Source: Camelus ferus (Eukaryota). Taken from it: 64,000 nucleotides of DNA. A program made the translations under genes and the position numbers. Positions 17,981 through 31,699 of this stretch are shown piece after piece. The stretch lies in the NCBI RefSeq assembly GCF_009834535.1, contig NC_045705.1, positions 71,796,001 through 71,860,000 on the forward strand, written 5' to 3'. Under the pieces are notes generated by a model. That model had not been told where the DNA came from. It searched no databases and worked only from the letters and a program-made list of their open reading frames with translations. The first letter of the stretch is position 1. Each line of letters opens with the position of its first letter.

Positions 17981-20900
17981 ATGGCTGCAGTGGCGGAGGG
18001 GCTGGAGACCGAGTCAGCTGCTGTAGAAGATGCTGCAAGAGATGCTGCAGATGCTGTGGATGCAGGGCTGGGGGTGCCCCCTCTCCTGGCTGGGAACCGG
18101 CTGAGCCTGGACCTGTACCCCAGGGGCTGCCACCGGCTGCTGCACCTGTGTGCCCAGCAGGTCCCTCAGCTGCTGGAGGTGGAGTTCCTGCAGCTGAGCA
18201 GCCACGAGGACCCTTGGCTGCTGGAGGCCACCCTGGCCCGGCTGCCCTGGAGCCTGCCACGTCTCCGCTCCCTGGTCCTCAAAGGTGAGCCCTACCTCCT
18301 CCCAGCCCTGTCCCAACCCCATCTCTAGCTCCTGCCTCTGCCTCTTGGTCCTCACGGGCAAACCCGATCCCATCCCCTCCACTATTCTCTGCACAGCTCT
18401 ACCCATCCCATTTTCCCCCAAGAGGGAGCTGGCTGAGCCCCACTCCTGGGCCCTGCAGCTGCCCAGTGGGGTCCCCAGAAGACCCCTGCGTGGGTATTTT
18501 TCCTGGATGGGGGCTATCTGCTGAGATGATCCTGCGTTGTCTGTCCCTGCCTCCTCTACCTGCTGCTGTCTCTCCAGTATCTCTGTCGATCCTTGTCTGG
18601 TGGGGTTGGGGTGGAGGTCTCTGTTTCCACGCACCTATTTCCATGGCTAGCAGGGCTGAGCTGGGACCTAGGACTCTGGCTCTGAGGGTCATGTCTGCCT
18701 TTCCCCCATCCCAGGTGGGCAACGCCGGAATGCTCTGGGTGCCTGCCTCCAGGGCTCCCTGACCACACTGCCTGCCAGCCTGAGTGGCCTCACCCACCTG
18801 GCCCACCTGGATCTGAGCTTCAACAGCCTGGAGACGTTGCCAGCCTGTGTCCCACAGATGTGTGGCTTGAGCGCCCTCTTGCTCTCTCATAACTGCCTCT
18901 CAGAGCTGCCCGAGGCCCTGGGGGCGCTCCCTGCCCTCACCTTCCTTGCCAGTCACCCACAACCGCCTGGAAACACTGCCCACAGCACTGTGGTCCCTGT
19001 CCACCCTGCAGCGCCTTGATCTCTCTGAGAACCTTCTGGACACTCTGCCCCCTGAGATCGGAGGCCTGAGCAGCCTTGCTGAGCTCAATCTGGCCTCCAA
19101 CCGGCTGCAGAGCCTCCCTACCTCCCTTGGTGAGTTGCAGCCTTGGCTCACTGGGCCTGGTGGGGAGCGCCTGTCGGCCACTGCCCGGCCTGCACTCTGC
19201 CGTGGCCCCTATCTCCTCTGCGGGGCCCTGCACACACAGGCTTGCCCACTTTTGAGCCTTTTCCCCCTTGGCAGCCCCCAACTTCCCTGGCCTTTGAGGC
19301 TCCCTGCACAGGCCTGCCTGAGCTCTCTAGTCCAGCCACAGGGCAGAGACTGAAAGGGCTTCTCTGGGAGGCCCTAGTGGGAGCAGCCTGCCCTGGTGCT
19401 CCAGGCCAGGGATGGCACTGAGCAGTCCTCTGCTGGCCCTAAGCCAGTGCCTGCCCGCAGCGGGGCTCCGGTCCCTGCGGCTCCTTGTTCTACACAGCAA
19501 CCTTCTGGCCTCGGTGCCCGCCAGCCTGGCCCGCCTCCCACTGCTCACCCGGCTGGACCTGAGGGACAACCAGCTCCGGGACGTGCCCCCCGAGCTATTG
19601 GACGCCCCCTTTGTGCGCCTACAAGGAAACCCCCTGGGCAGGGCCCCCCCGGCCCCCCACAGCCCCCCAGGTAGGCTTATTGGTGTGCAGGGGCAGACCA
19701 CAGTCAGGACGCAGCTGTCCCCACCATCCTAACAACTTGCCTGTCTTTCCACAGGGACACCCGTGGTCCCAGAAATGCCCAGACTCTTGTTGACCTCAGA
19801 TGTGGACAGGTATGGTGTGGGGGAGAGGAGGGGCTGGAGAAGCACCTGTCCACGCCTCGGGGGTCTCCCTTCTCAAACTCGCCTTTCTCTGTCTGACCTG
19901 ATACCCACTCTGTCCCCTCTCAGCTTCCCCGTGACCCCTCAAGGCTGCTCTGTGACCCTGGCCTGTGGCGTCCGCCTGCAGTTCCCTGCTGGGGCCACTG
20001 CCACCCCTGTTACCATCCGCTACCGACTGTGGCTGCCGGAGCCCCGCCTCGTCCCCTTGGGTCCTCATGACTCTCTGCTCAGTGGTGTCCTGGAGCTGCA
20101 GCCCCACGGGGTGGCCTTCTTGCAGGCACAGCCAGGGCGGCTCGGGGGGCGGGTGAGGAAGGCGCGGGTCTGGCCCCAGCGCTCATGCTGCCCTTGCCTG
20201 GCAGGAGGTGGGCCTGTGGCTGCTGTTTGTGCCACCACGGGCCCGGCGTTGCCGGGAGGTGGTGGTCAGGACCCTGAGTGACAACAGCTGGAGTGACCTG
20301 GAGACCCACCTGGAGGAAGAGGCACCCAAGGTGAGGGCTGTCCAGGCCTGTCCGGGAGGGGGAGCAGCTCTACCCTAGCCCCGACCCTGTTCTCTCTAAC
20401 CCTGCCTCCGACGCCCAGCGGCTCTGGGCCCGCTGCCAGGTACCCCACTTTTCGTGGTTCCTTGTGGTTTCGCGCCCTGTGTCCAACACCTGTCTGGTGC
20501 CACCAGAGGGGACATTGCTGTGTTCCTCGGGACATCCTGGGGTCAAGGTCACATTCCCCCCTGGGGCCACTGAGGAGCCCCGGCATGTCCACATGCAGGT
20601 ACGGGCTGGGCAGCTGCCAAGGGTGGTGGGCGTGCCTCAGCACCGAGCTGAGTGTTCGGGTGGCCTGCCTGCTCCAGGTGGTGCACGTGGGCAGCAGAGG
20701 ACTGCCAGCCCTGCTGGAGGAGCCTGAGGCAGCCGCGAGCCCCTTGCTGTGCCTCACCCAGAGTGGTCCCCCAAGCTTCCTCCAGCCGGTCACTGTGCAG
20801 CTGCCTCTGCCCCCCGGCATCACAGGTGAGAGGCAGCGGCATGTATCCCTGGACTTGTGGCCCCGGGGCGGGCAGCGATGCTCAGAAGGGGAGCCCTGCC

Positions 20901-22895
20901 AGGGTGGCCTCAGCCTGCGGCCCCTCCCACCCCAGGCCTGAGTCTGGACCGCTCCCGCCTGCACCTGCTGTACAGGGCCCCTCCTGCAGCCGCCTGGGAT
21001 GACATCACGGCTCAGGTGGCGCTAGAGCTCACCCACCTGTACGCCCGCTTCCAGGTCACACGCTTTTCCTGGTCAGTGCTCCCTCTGGCTTCCTCAGTCC
21101 CTCCCCACCCGCCTGTCTGCACTGCCTGCCTCACCCCCCAGCTTCCCAGGTACTGGCTCTGGTACACCACTGCGACCTGCGTGGGGGGCCTGGCCCGGAA
21201 GGCCTGGGAGCGGCTGCGGCTCCACCGCGTGAACCTGATCGCACTGCAGAGACGCCGGGACCCCGAGCAGGTCCTGCTGCAGTGCCTGCCCCGGAACAAG
21301 GTGCGGGGTGGGGGCCGGAGGTCGCGGAGGGCCTGTCAGGAAGCCAGCCAGGTGGGGTCCAGGGGCCAGGTGGGGGCGCAGGGTGTTGGGCTCCCAGCCA
21401 GTGGGTACCCCCCAGGTGGATGCCACCCTGCGGCGGCTGCTGGAGCGGTACCGCGGCCCCGAGCCCTCAGACACCGTGGATATGTTTGAGGGCGAGAAAT
21501 TCTTCGCTGCCTTTGAGGGAGGCATCGACGTGGATGCCGGTACGCCCCCTGCCCCTGGAGAACGGCCCCTGCGGTCAGCCCCCTGGGTCCCTGCTGAGCC
21601 CGCCCCTGCCCCCAGGCCGTCCGGACTGCGTGGAGGGCAGGCTGCGCTTTGTCTTCTATTCGCACCTGAGGAACGTGAAGGAGGTGTACGTGACCACCGC
21701 CCTGGACCGGAAGGCTCAGGCTGTGAGGGGCCAGGTGAGCCAATGGGGTAGGGCCCCCTGGGCCACCTGGGCAGAGGCAGGAGCACTGAACCCCACCTCA
21801 TCCCCCCACCCAGGTGTCCTTCTACCGGGGAGAGGTGCCAGAGGAGGTGCCCGAGGAGGCGGAGGCTGCCCGGCAGAAGAAGGGCATGGATACCCTGTGG
21901 ATGGCCACTCTGCCCATCAAGCTGCCGGTGTGGCCTGGCGGGGGGCAGTGTGTGAAGGGGCAGGGGGTCGCCAGGGGTACAGGGATGGAGCCTGGGGGCA
22001 GGGGCCAAGGCTCACTGCCACTGCATCCTCCCCACAGAGACTGCGGGGGTCCGAGGGGCCAGGGCACGGGGCTAGCCTCTCCCTGGCACCTCTGAACCTG
22101 GGCGACGCTGAGACTGGCTTCCTGACCCAGAGCAACCTGCTGACTGTGGCTGGGCGCCTGGGCCCCGACTGGCCAGCCGTGGCCCTGCACCTGGGCATGC
22201 CCTACCGTGAGCTGCAGCGCATCAGGCATGAATTCAGGTGAATTCCTTTCAGCCTCCTGCCACTGGTCTCAGGCCAGCCTCAGGCCTGGGCCTGGCAGCC
22301 CGGAGGGCCCTGCTTGAGGCTGGCTGAAGTTCCGTCCACAGGAGGTGGAGCCAGGGCAAATGGGCAGGGAAGGGAGGGTCTGCCCACCCTTAGCCTAGGG
22401 ATTGAGGAACCCATCAGGGGAGGGTGAGCACCACCCTGGGTGTGGTGGGTGGTCCTGGGCTGGGCTGGGCTAGGCCGGGCCCCTCCCTCCCTCTCTCTCC
22501 CCTCTCTCCCCTCTCTCCCCTCTCTCCCCTCTCTCCCCTCTCTCTCCTCTCTCCCTCTCTCCCCTCTCTCCCCTCTCTCCCGTCCCTCCCGTCCCTCACC
22601 ATACCCCCATCATCCCCCCATCATCCATCCCCCCAGGGACGACCTGGATGGACAGATCCGCCATATGCTCTTCTCCTGGGCTGAGCGCCAGGCTGGGCGG
22701 CCAGGAGCTGTGGGGCTCCTAGTGCAGGCCCTGGAGCAGAGTGACCGGCAGGACGTGGCAGAAGAGGTGCAGGCCATTTTGGAGCTTGGCCGCCGCAAGT
22801 ACCAGGAGGGCATCCAGCGCACAAGCCTGGCCCCCGGGGACCTTGGTCCACCTGGCCCTTCAGCGTTGCAATCCCCAGAGCCTGCCCAGGCCTAG
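17981..22895 (+). CDS. PIDD1: p53-induced death domain protein 1 (LRR-ZU5-ZU5-UPA-DD); reading frame broken by a 1-nt insertion in exon 3 in this sequence
   Basis: Exons 17981-18284, 18715-19129 (415 nt; needs 414), 19461-19670, 19755-19809, 19924-20125, 20205-20330, 20419-20598 (PHFSW), 20678-20825, 20936-21071 (TRFSW), 21150-21300, 21416-21539, 21616-21734, 21814-21927, 22038-22237, 22637-22895 (death domain, ...PEPAQA*). Gene identity is certain; functional status is not. Confidence 0.95.
22481..22600. repeat. Polypyrimidine (CCCTCTCTC)n-type simple repeat in the last PIDD1 intron
   Basis: About 100 nt of only C/T, with ~9-nt periodicity. Confidence 0.95.
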
Positions 22896-23333
22896 AACCC
22901 ACCGACTCTGGGCTGGTCCCTGACACTCCCTGGCCAGTGGTTGGAAGCTCCCACTTTCAAGCCTTCTCTGGGCATGGGGACAGTGACCCCCGTGTGTAAC
23001 AAACGTGTAGTGTTCTGGCTGCTGTCTCAGCTCAGTTTATTTGTTGGGTGGGAGGGCAGGTGGAAGGTGAGGGGTGGCTGAGAGCAGAGGCCTGGCCCTG
23101 CTGGGAGGGGCCCTGCGAACAGACTCTCCCACAGCCCTTGCTCCTGTCCTGCTCCTCCTCACATGCCTTGGGCCTCCTCTTGGTCCTGATCTTCTCTGGG
23201 AGTGGTTGGGAGCCCCAGCTACAAAGTAACGGCTGCAGCACCGATGGATACAAAGTCACCAGTTAGCGGGATTGCGCATCTGCCCTTGGGGCAGGCTGGT
23301 GGGTGTTTGGCCAGTTCAGTACCCTCTCAGCTC

Positions 23334-24020
23334 CTACTTTGTGGCCCAGGACCGTTCCTCCCCTAGGACACCTCGTCCCAGAGCGCCCCACCATCCGCTG
23401 GCCCTTGGGGGAGTAGTCCTTGGGTCCCAGTCCATGCAAGGGCGCAAGGCCAGACCACAGAGGAAGACCCTTGGGGACCCGGGGTGCGCGCTGGCCCGGC
23501 CGGGCGCAGTGGCCGCGGCGGCCGGGAGGGGGAGCCGGAGCCCGCGTGCGGGCCGAGGGCCGGGGGCGGAGCGCGCGCGGCGCCGAGCGGACGCGCCTCC
23601 ACGTCTAGGTGCAGCTGGGCGCGCGGCGCAGCGGGGAGGCGAGCGCGGCGGAGGCGGCGGCAGAGCGCGCGGTGAGTGCCCGCGGGGCGGGTCCCCTCCG
23701 CGGCGCCCACCCGAGTGTGGCTGGGCTGCGGGGGCCAGGAGCGTCACAGCGGCTGTGGGAGGTGACATCTGCCGGGACAAGGCGGCTCCTGCGGGACTCG
23801 GCGCCGGCGGATGCTCCGACCCGCTGCCGCCCGAGTGTAGGAGGCCGTGCTCGGCCCCGGGCGGTGTCGGGCGCGCTCCTCGCGCACACGTGTCCTCGCC
23901 GGGTGGGAGACTGGTGCCGGTGCCCGAGGAACAGAAGCCGGGCCGTGGGGGGGGGGGGGGGAGGAACACACGTGGGACCCTGCGGGACGTACGCGGACAC
24001 GTGCCTGGCTGGAGCCTCAT
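23334..24020 (-). other. Antisense 228-codon ORF at the syntenic position of human PANO1
   Basis: True ATG at 24020-24018, Pro/Arg/Ala/Gly-rich, downstream AATAAA at 23041-23036. Support is positional only; sequence homology not verified. Confidence 0.3.
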
Positions 24021-24140
24021 CGCCTGGCGGGGGACAGCGTGGCCGCCCGGGTCCCGTCTGGACCCCCTCTAGGGGTCGAGGAGCTGAGCCGGTCCTCCAA
24101 GACGCCTTCCTGAACCCCCACCTCGCGTCTCCTTTGTCGG
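23430..24140 (+). promoter_or_regulatory. SLC25A22 CpG island and non-coding first exon
   Basis: Donor GCG|GTGAGT after 23671. A second CpG patch at about 25500-25730 has donor CGG|GTGAGC after 25665 (alternative 5' exon). The ATG exon starts at 26737. Confidence 0.65.
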
Positions 24141-26854
24141 CGGATTGCAGCCCATTGGACAGAAAGTGCCTCCCCAGGGGGAAAGGGCTGGGGGATCAAA
24201 TGGCCAGTCCCAGACGCAGCCTCAGTCCCACTGCCCTTCTTGAGGGCTTCATTTGTGGGAGATTTTACCTCTGGGGTGCCTGGGAGCAGCAGCATTGTCT
24301 TGTGGGTAGTCTCTGTGACCCGAGCCTTCCACAGCCTTCCACAGCCTTGCCTGCAACCTCGGTTTACCAGGCTGCAGAATAGGAGGGAGGAGACAGGAGA
24401 CAGGGGAGAAGGGGAGGGCTGATGGCCCTGGGGCCTCTGGCCTGGGTGGGACTGCGGGGTTTCTATAGCAACAGGGGGGAAAGGAGAGGGGCCTCCAAGC
24501 TGTCTCCCGAGCAGGGAGTATGAACTACTGAGTGAAGACAGAGGAAAAAAGGGTTCTCCGTCCAGAGGACCCCGGGTCAATCTTCCCCCGGCAAAGCCCC
24601 TTCTGCCCGACAGTTCTCAATTCTGCAGCCATCTTCCCCACTCCAGCCAGCAGAGTGTGATGTGGGACCCCAGGGCTGACTGTCTTCTCAGGCTTGGGGT
24701 CTCCAGGCCTTCCTCTCATCCTAGGACAACTGCTCCCCTCCCCACCTTGCCTGACTTCCCGGACCCCCATCATCCAAGTGTCCCTTATCCTAGACAGGAG
24801 GTGGAGTATGGTGATGCTCAGTCCCCAGAGGGCACAAGGGTCAGAGACAACAGAGAGAATCAGCTCTGGCCAGTCTGCACCAGGGAAGTGGAGGGGTGGG
24901 GAGACAGGGTGAGGTTGAAGTGCAGAGGTCACTTCTCTGCAGGCTGGGGCATGGAGAAGCTGGTCCCTAACACTGGGGCCCTGGGTGAATGGGGTGTGGG
25001 GGACAGCTTGGCAGGGCGGAGGGTTCTGGGAGTGCCAGTTCCCCTGCCCTCTGGACCTGCCAACTGAACAGGCCTGTGGGTGGCAGCCAGGGGCCTCCGA
25101 GCCCCAGCAGACAGGCACGTCTTCCTCTACTCCAGCCTGAGATGTCCCTGAAATGCTCCTTCCCCCAAAAGAAACACAAGTCTCACAGACACAAGTGGGC
25201 ACAGATTCATCTCACTCCATGACACTGGATTTCCTGTGCCTGGACACGGGGAGAGCCCTGTCCATGGGGTCCCAGGACCCTAGACAGATCCAGCCAGCAC
25301 ACTGCAGCCAGGAACCCAAGGGGCAGCTGGGGGCACTATGGCCCGGGGCTGAGGTCCCTGTGAGCAGGTTGCCTGGCTTGGCTGAGTCAGCCTGAATCAG
25401 ACCCACTGCCCCATGGGCTGAGGGGGGTTCTGAGGCCAGTCCCTGCCTCGCAGAAGCTGTCACACCCCTTCTCATCTCTTCACCCACAGCTGCAGGGAGC
25501 CTCATCCCGCCCGAAGTGAAAGAGAAAGTCCCCCTCCCCCGCCAGCCCCGCCCCGCCCCGCCCCGCAGCCAATCCTCGCAGCCGGCACCTCCTTCGGCTT
25601 CGGATCTCCGCGGTGAGCCCCAGGCAGCAGTCCTGGAGGAGGAGCCGAGTCCTGTGCACCTCCGGGTGAGCCGACCTGGGCCGGGGCGGGAGGCGGCCAG
25701 CGGGGCGGCGGGGATGCTGGGCAGGCAGGGGAGAGCGTGGCCCAGGAAAGCTTGAGGGGAAGGTCACCAGTCCTCGGAGGGACAGCTGGGCTGTGTGACC
25801 CTGGGTGGTAGCACTTCGGGTGCAAACTGGTGACAGCTGGCCTCTGAGGGGGCCGGAGTTGGGGAGGCCCCCCCACGGTTCAGTTTTATGCCTGTGCCCC
25901 TCCATCAGAGGCCCCGATGTTGGCTCTGGCTCCCCCACCCTGCTTCTAGTGAGAGAGACTGCTTGCCTGTATCCCTAGAGTAGATGGGGGGCCCAACCAT
26001 ATGGAGCCTCAGAAGGTCAGCCACCCCCTTACCAGAGGTCCTGACAGTCACTGCATTTCTCTGTCTGTCTGTCAGTCTGGGAGTGAAATTCTTGGGAGGG
26101 GTGGAGAGGTGGGTGGACACAGGGCTGATTATGGTTGAGTTGGTGCTTCTCTGAGGGGAGGGGATGGTCAGGGGTCCAGCACGGAGTTGCCATGGAGTAG
26201 GGGCCACACCTGAGTTGGCTGTGTCTACCTGCAGTTGTGATCTGGGCCCAGGTAGGGGTCCTGGGGCACCAGGAAGGAGGAGACCCTCACCCCCATCCTG
26301 AAGAGGACAGGCGCCCACCGCCTTTGCTCAAGGATGGGGGCTTGCCACAGCCCAGTCCAGGGGTTGAGGTGCCCTGACTGGCGCTGTGGCCCCATCTCCC
26401 GATGCTGCCTCCCGCAGAGGCGCCTGGCCCTTTAAAGGGCTCGGTGTGCACGTGAGCATAAGCGTGAATGGGAGCCTGGGCGCCTGTGCAAGGCCAGCTG
26501 GGAGGACGCTGCTGGTGGAGGGGGGGGCTTGGGGTGAAACTGGTGGCCTTGGGGATGGGGCCAGGGGGCGGGTGCCTCCCCCGCACACCACACGCCCAGA
26601 ACACGTGGCAGCCCTGGCCTCGGTGGTTGGGTGAGGGGCTGGGTGCTGGGAGGAAGGCTCTGGGAAAGCTTATTGCTCTGGTGCGCCTCCAAGCCTCTGC
26701 CCACCCCCGCTGATTCCAGCGCCCTCTTTCTCCTAGGACAGGAGTGTGGTTTTGAAATTCCCCTGAGAGGAGAAGACCACCCCTCCTCCTCCTCCACCAC
26801 CTCCCTGTCCGGCATCCTTCTCTGCCGCCCCTACCTGGTTGCCCCTGGAGTTAA

Positions 26855-29941
<3,087 letters not shown>

Positions 29942-30724
29942 GCCCGGCAGCCACTCCCCACCCTCCAGCCGAGCAGGACCAGAGTGGGACCAGAGCCAGG
30001 GGGTCCACCCAGGACCGAGCACAAGTCTCTCCCCACGGGGGGTGGGGGAGAGGAAGTGGGTGCAGGATCCACACGGTGGTGCAGGCACTGGCCTGGCGAG
30101 GTCCTGCCTGCACCACCACTGGGATCAATGTCTTATTTATGTAGAAAACGCAGAAATCTTTACATTCCTGGCGCCAGCCCTGCCCTACCTTTGGCCCAGC
30201 CTGAACACCCCCAGGGACAGAGCTGGTCTCTGGACTGGGGGCCTCGAGGCCTGGGCTGGGCTCTCTGGACCCTGCCTTCCAGTCTCCCAGCACCCATCCC
30301 TGGGGCTTGGCCCCCGTCCACAGAGGGGACCCCGCACAAACCTGTTTATTACCTTGCCGAGCACAGGCGGCCCTGTCCGTCCCTCGTCTGTCCGTCCAGC
30401 CCCCGCCACCCCCTCTGCTGCTATTCTTGCCTCAGCCAGCCTTGCCGGAGGGCGGGGCTCTCTTACCCCCGTATTGAGCCAGGCATCCTAGGTTGGGGGT
30501 CGCCCTGAGTTCTGATCCCCAGGGCAGGTCCCCTGCCCTCACCGTGGGACCCAACATCCCTCCTGGTGGGCCCCTCCGCCCCTCCCCCCAGGCAGGGGCC
30601 CTGCGTGTGAGGCCTGTGTATGTGCAAATGCTGTGGGCACAGGTTATGCCCACCAGCCCTCAGCTGGCCTGGTCCCTCAGGGGTGGGGCTGTGGGGGGCT
30701 GCTGCCCTTCCTCACGTGGCCAGG

Positions 30725-30725
<1 letters not shown>

Positions 30726-30767
<42 letters not shown>

Positions 30768-30798
30768 TGCGCGCGCGCGCGCGCGCGCGCGCGTGCAC
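30726..30798. repeat. Compound (TG)n(CG)n microsatellite in the SLC25A22 3'UTR
   Basis: About 19 TG units followed by about 12 uninterrupted GC units; strict purine/pyrimidine alternation for 73 nt. Confidence 0.98.
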
Positions 30799-31390
30799 CC
30801 TAGGCTCCCCACTGACCCCGTCCAGGAATTCATTTCTCCGGCCAGCCCCTCCTGCTGCACCTTTAGCAGACCCCTCTTCTGAGACCACCACCCTGGGTCC
30901 AAGGGAGGGCAGGCATGAGGACCAGTATCTTCTCTGCTTGCAGGGGCCCAGGAGCTGCCCCTTCTGTCTGCACAGGGCCCACCCAGCTCTCTGGGCCTCT
31001 GCACGAGCCCTGCCCCCACCGCACTTAGTGAAGCCCGGCCCTCCAGGCCCCGCCCCCATTGATATTGTGAATTGAGGCAGGCCGCCCTGCCCTGCCCCCA
31101 GCCACGTGACCGTGCTGGTGACTGATCCCGACGTGCTGGTGACTGGTCCCGACGTGCTGGTGCTGTGTCGTCCCCCCCACCCCGCCCCTGCTCAGAGGCC
31201 CCTTCCCAGTGACACCACCTGGGGCTCAGGCCTGGGCCCCCTGGTTCACGGGTGTTCCTGAGGACTGGCGGCTCTCTCCTGTCACGTCTGTACCTTGGAA
31301 GCTGCTGCTGCTGCTTACAGAATTATATTTTTTTCTTTTGAAGAGTTTTAAGGAGTTGTAACTTTTTGTGTCTTGTCACGTAAGAAGATA

Positions 31391-31396
31391 AATAAA
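31391..31396 (+). terminator. SLC25A22 polyadenylation signal AATAAA
   Basis: AATAAA at the end of an AT-rich block about 1.45 kb after the stop codon. Confidence 0.75.
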
Positions 31397-31699
31397 TATT
31401 CTAAGTAGATGCCTCGCCTCATCTCTGAGACTCTGTTAGAGGCCAGGAACGGAAGGGCACCCCCTCTTCTGGTAGCCTGCTCCCCTCCCCCTGCAGTCCT
31501 TGGTCCTGCCGCCTACCCACTGACAGGCGCATTGGCCTGGAGGGGGTCCTGGGCGAACAGCCGCCTGACTCCCTTGCAGTCTGGGCTGGGTGTGTGGGAA
31601 AGCCAACCTCAGCCTCTCCCCTCCCTGACCCTAAACAACCCTTGGGATCAAAAGAGGAGCTGGTTTGGGGGACCCCAGAAGTCTCAGCCAGCCCAGGGC

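Noticed and set aside
22414-22895. ORFs with ERGERG / LSPLSP / SLPSLP repeats
   Set aside because: Translations of the intronic polypyrimidine microsatellite.
30620-31075. ORFs with CVCVCV / RARARA / HTHTHT runs
   Set aside because: Translations of the (TG)n(CG)n repeat.
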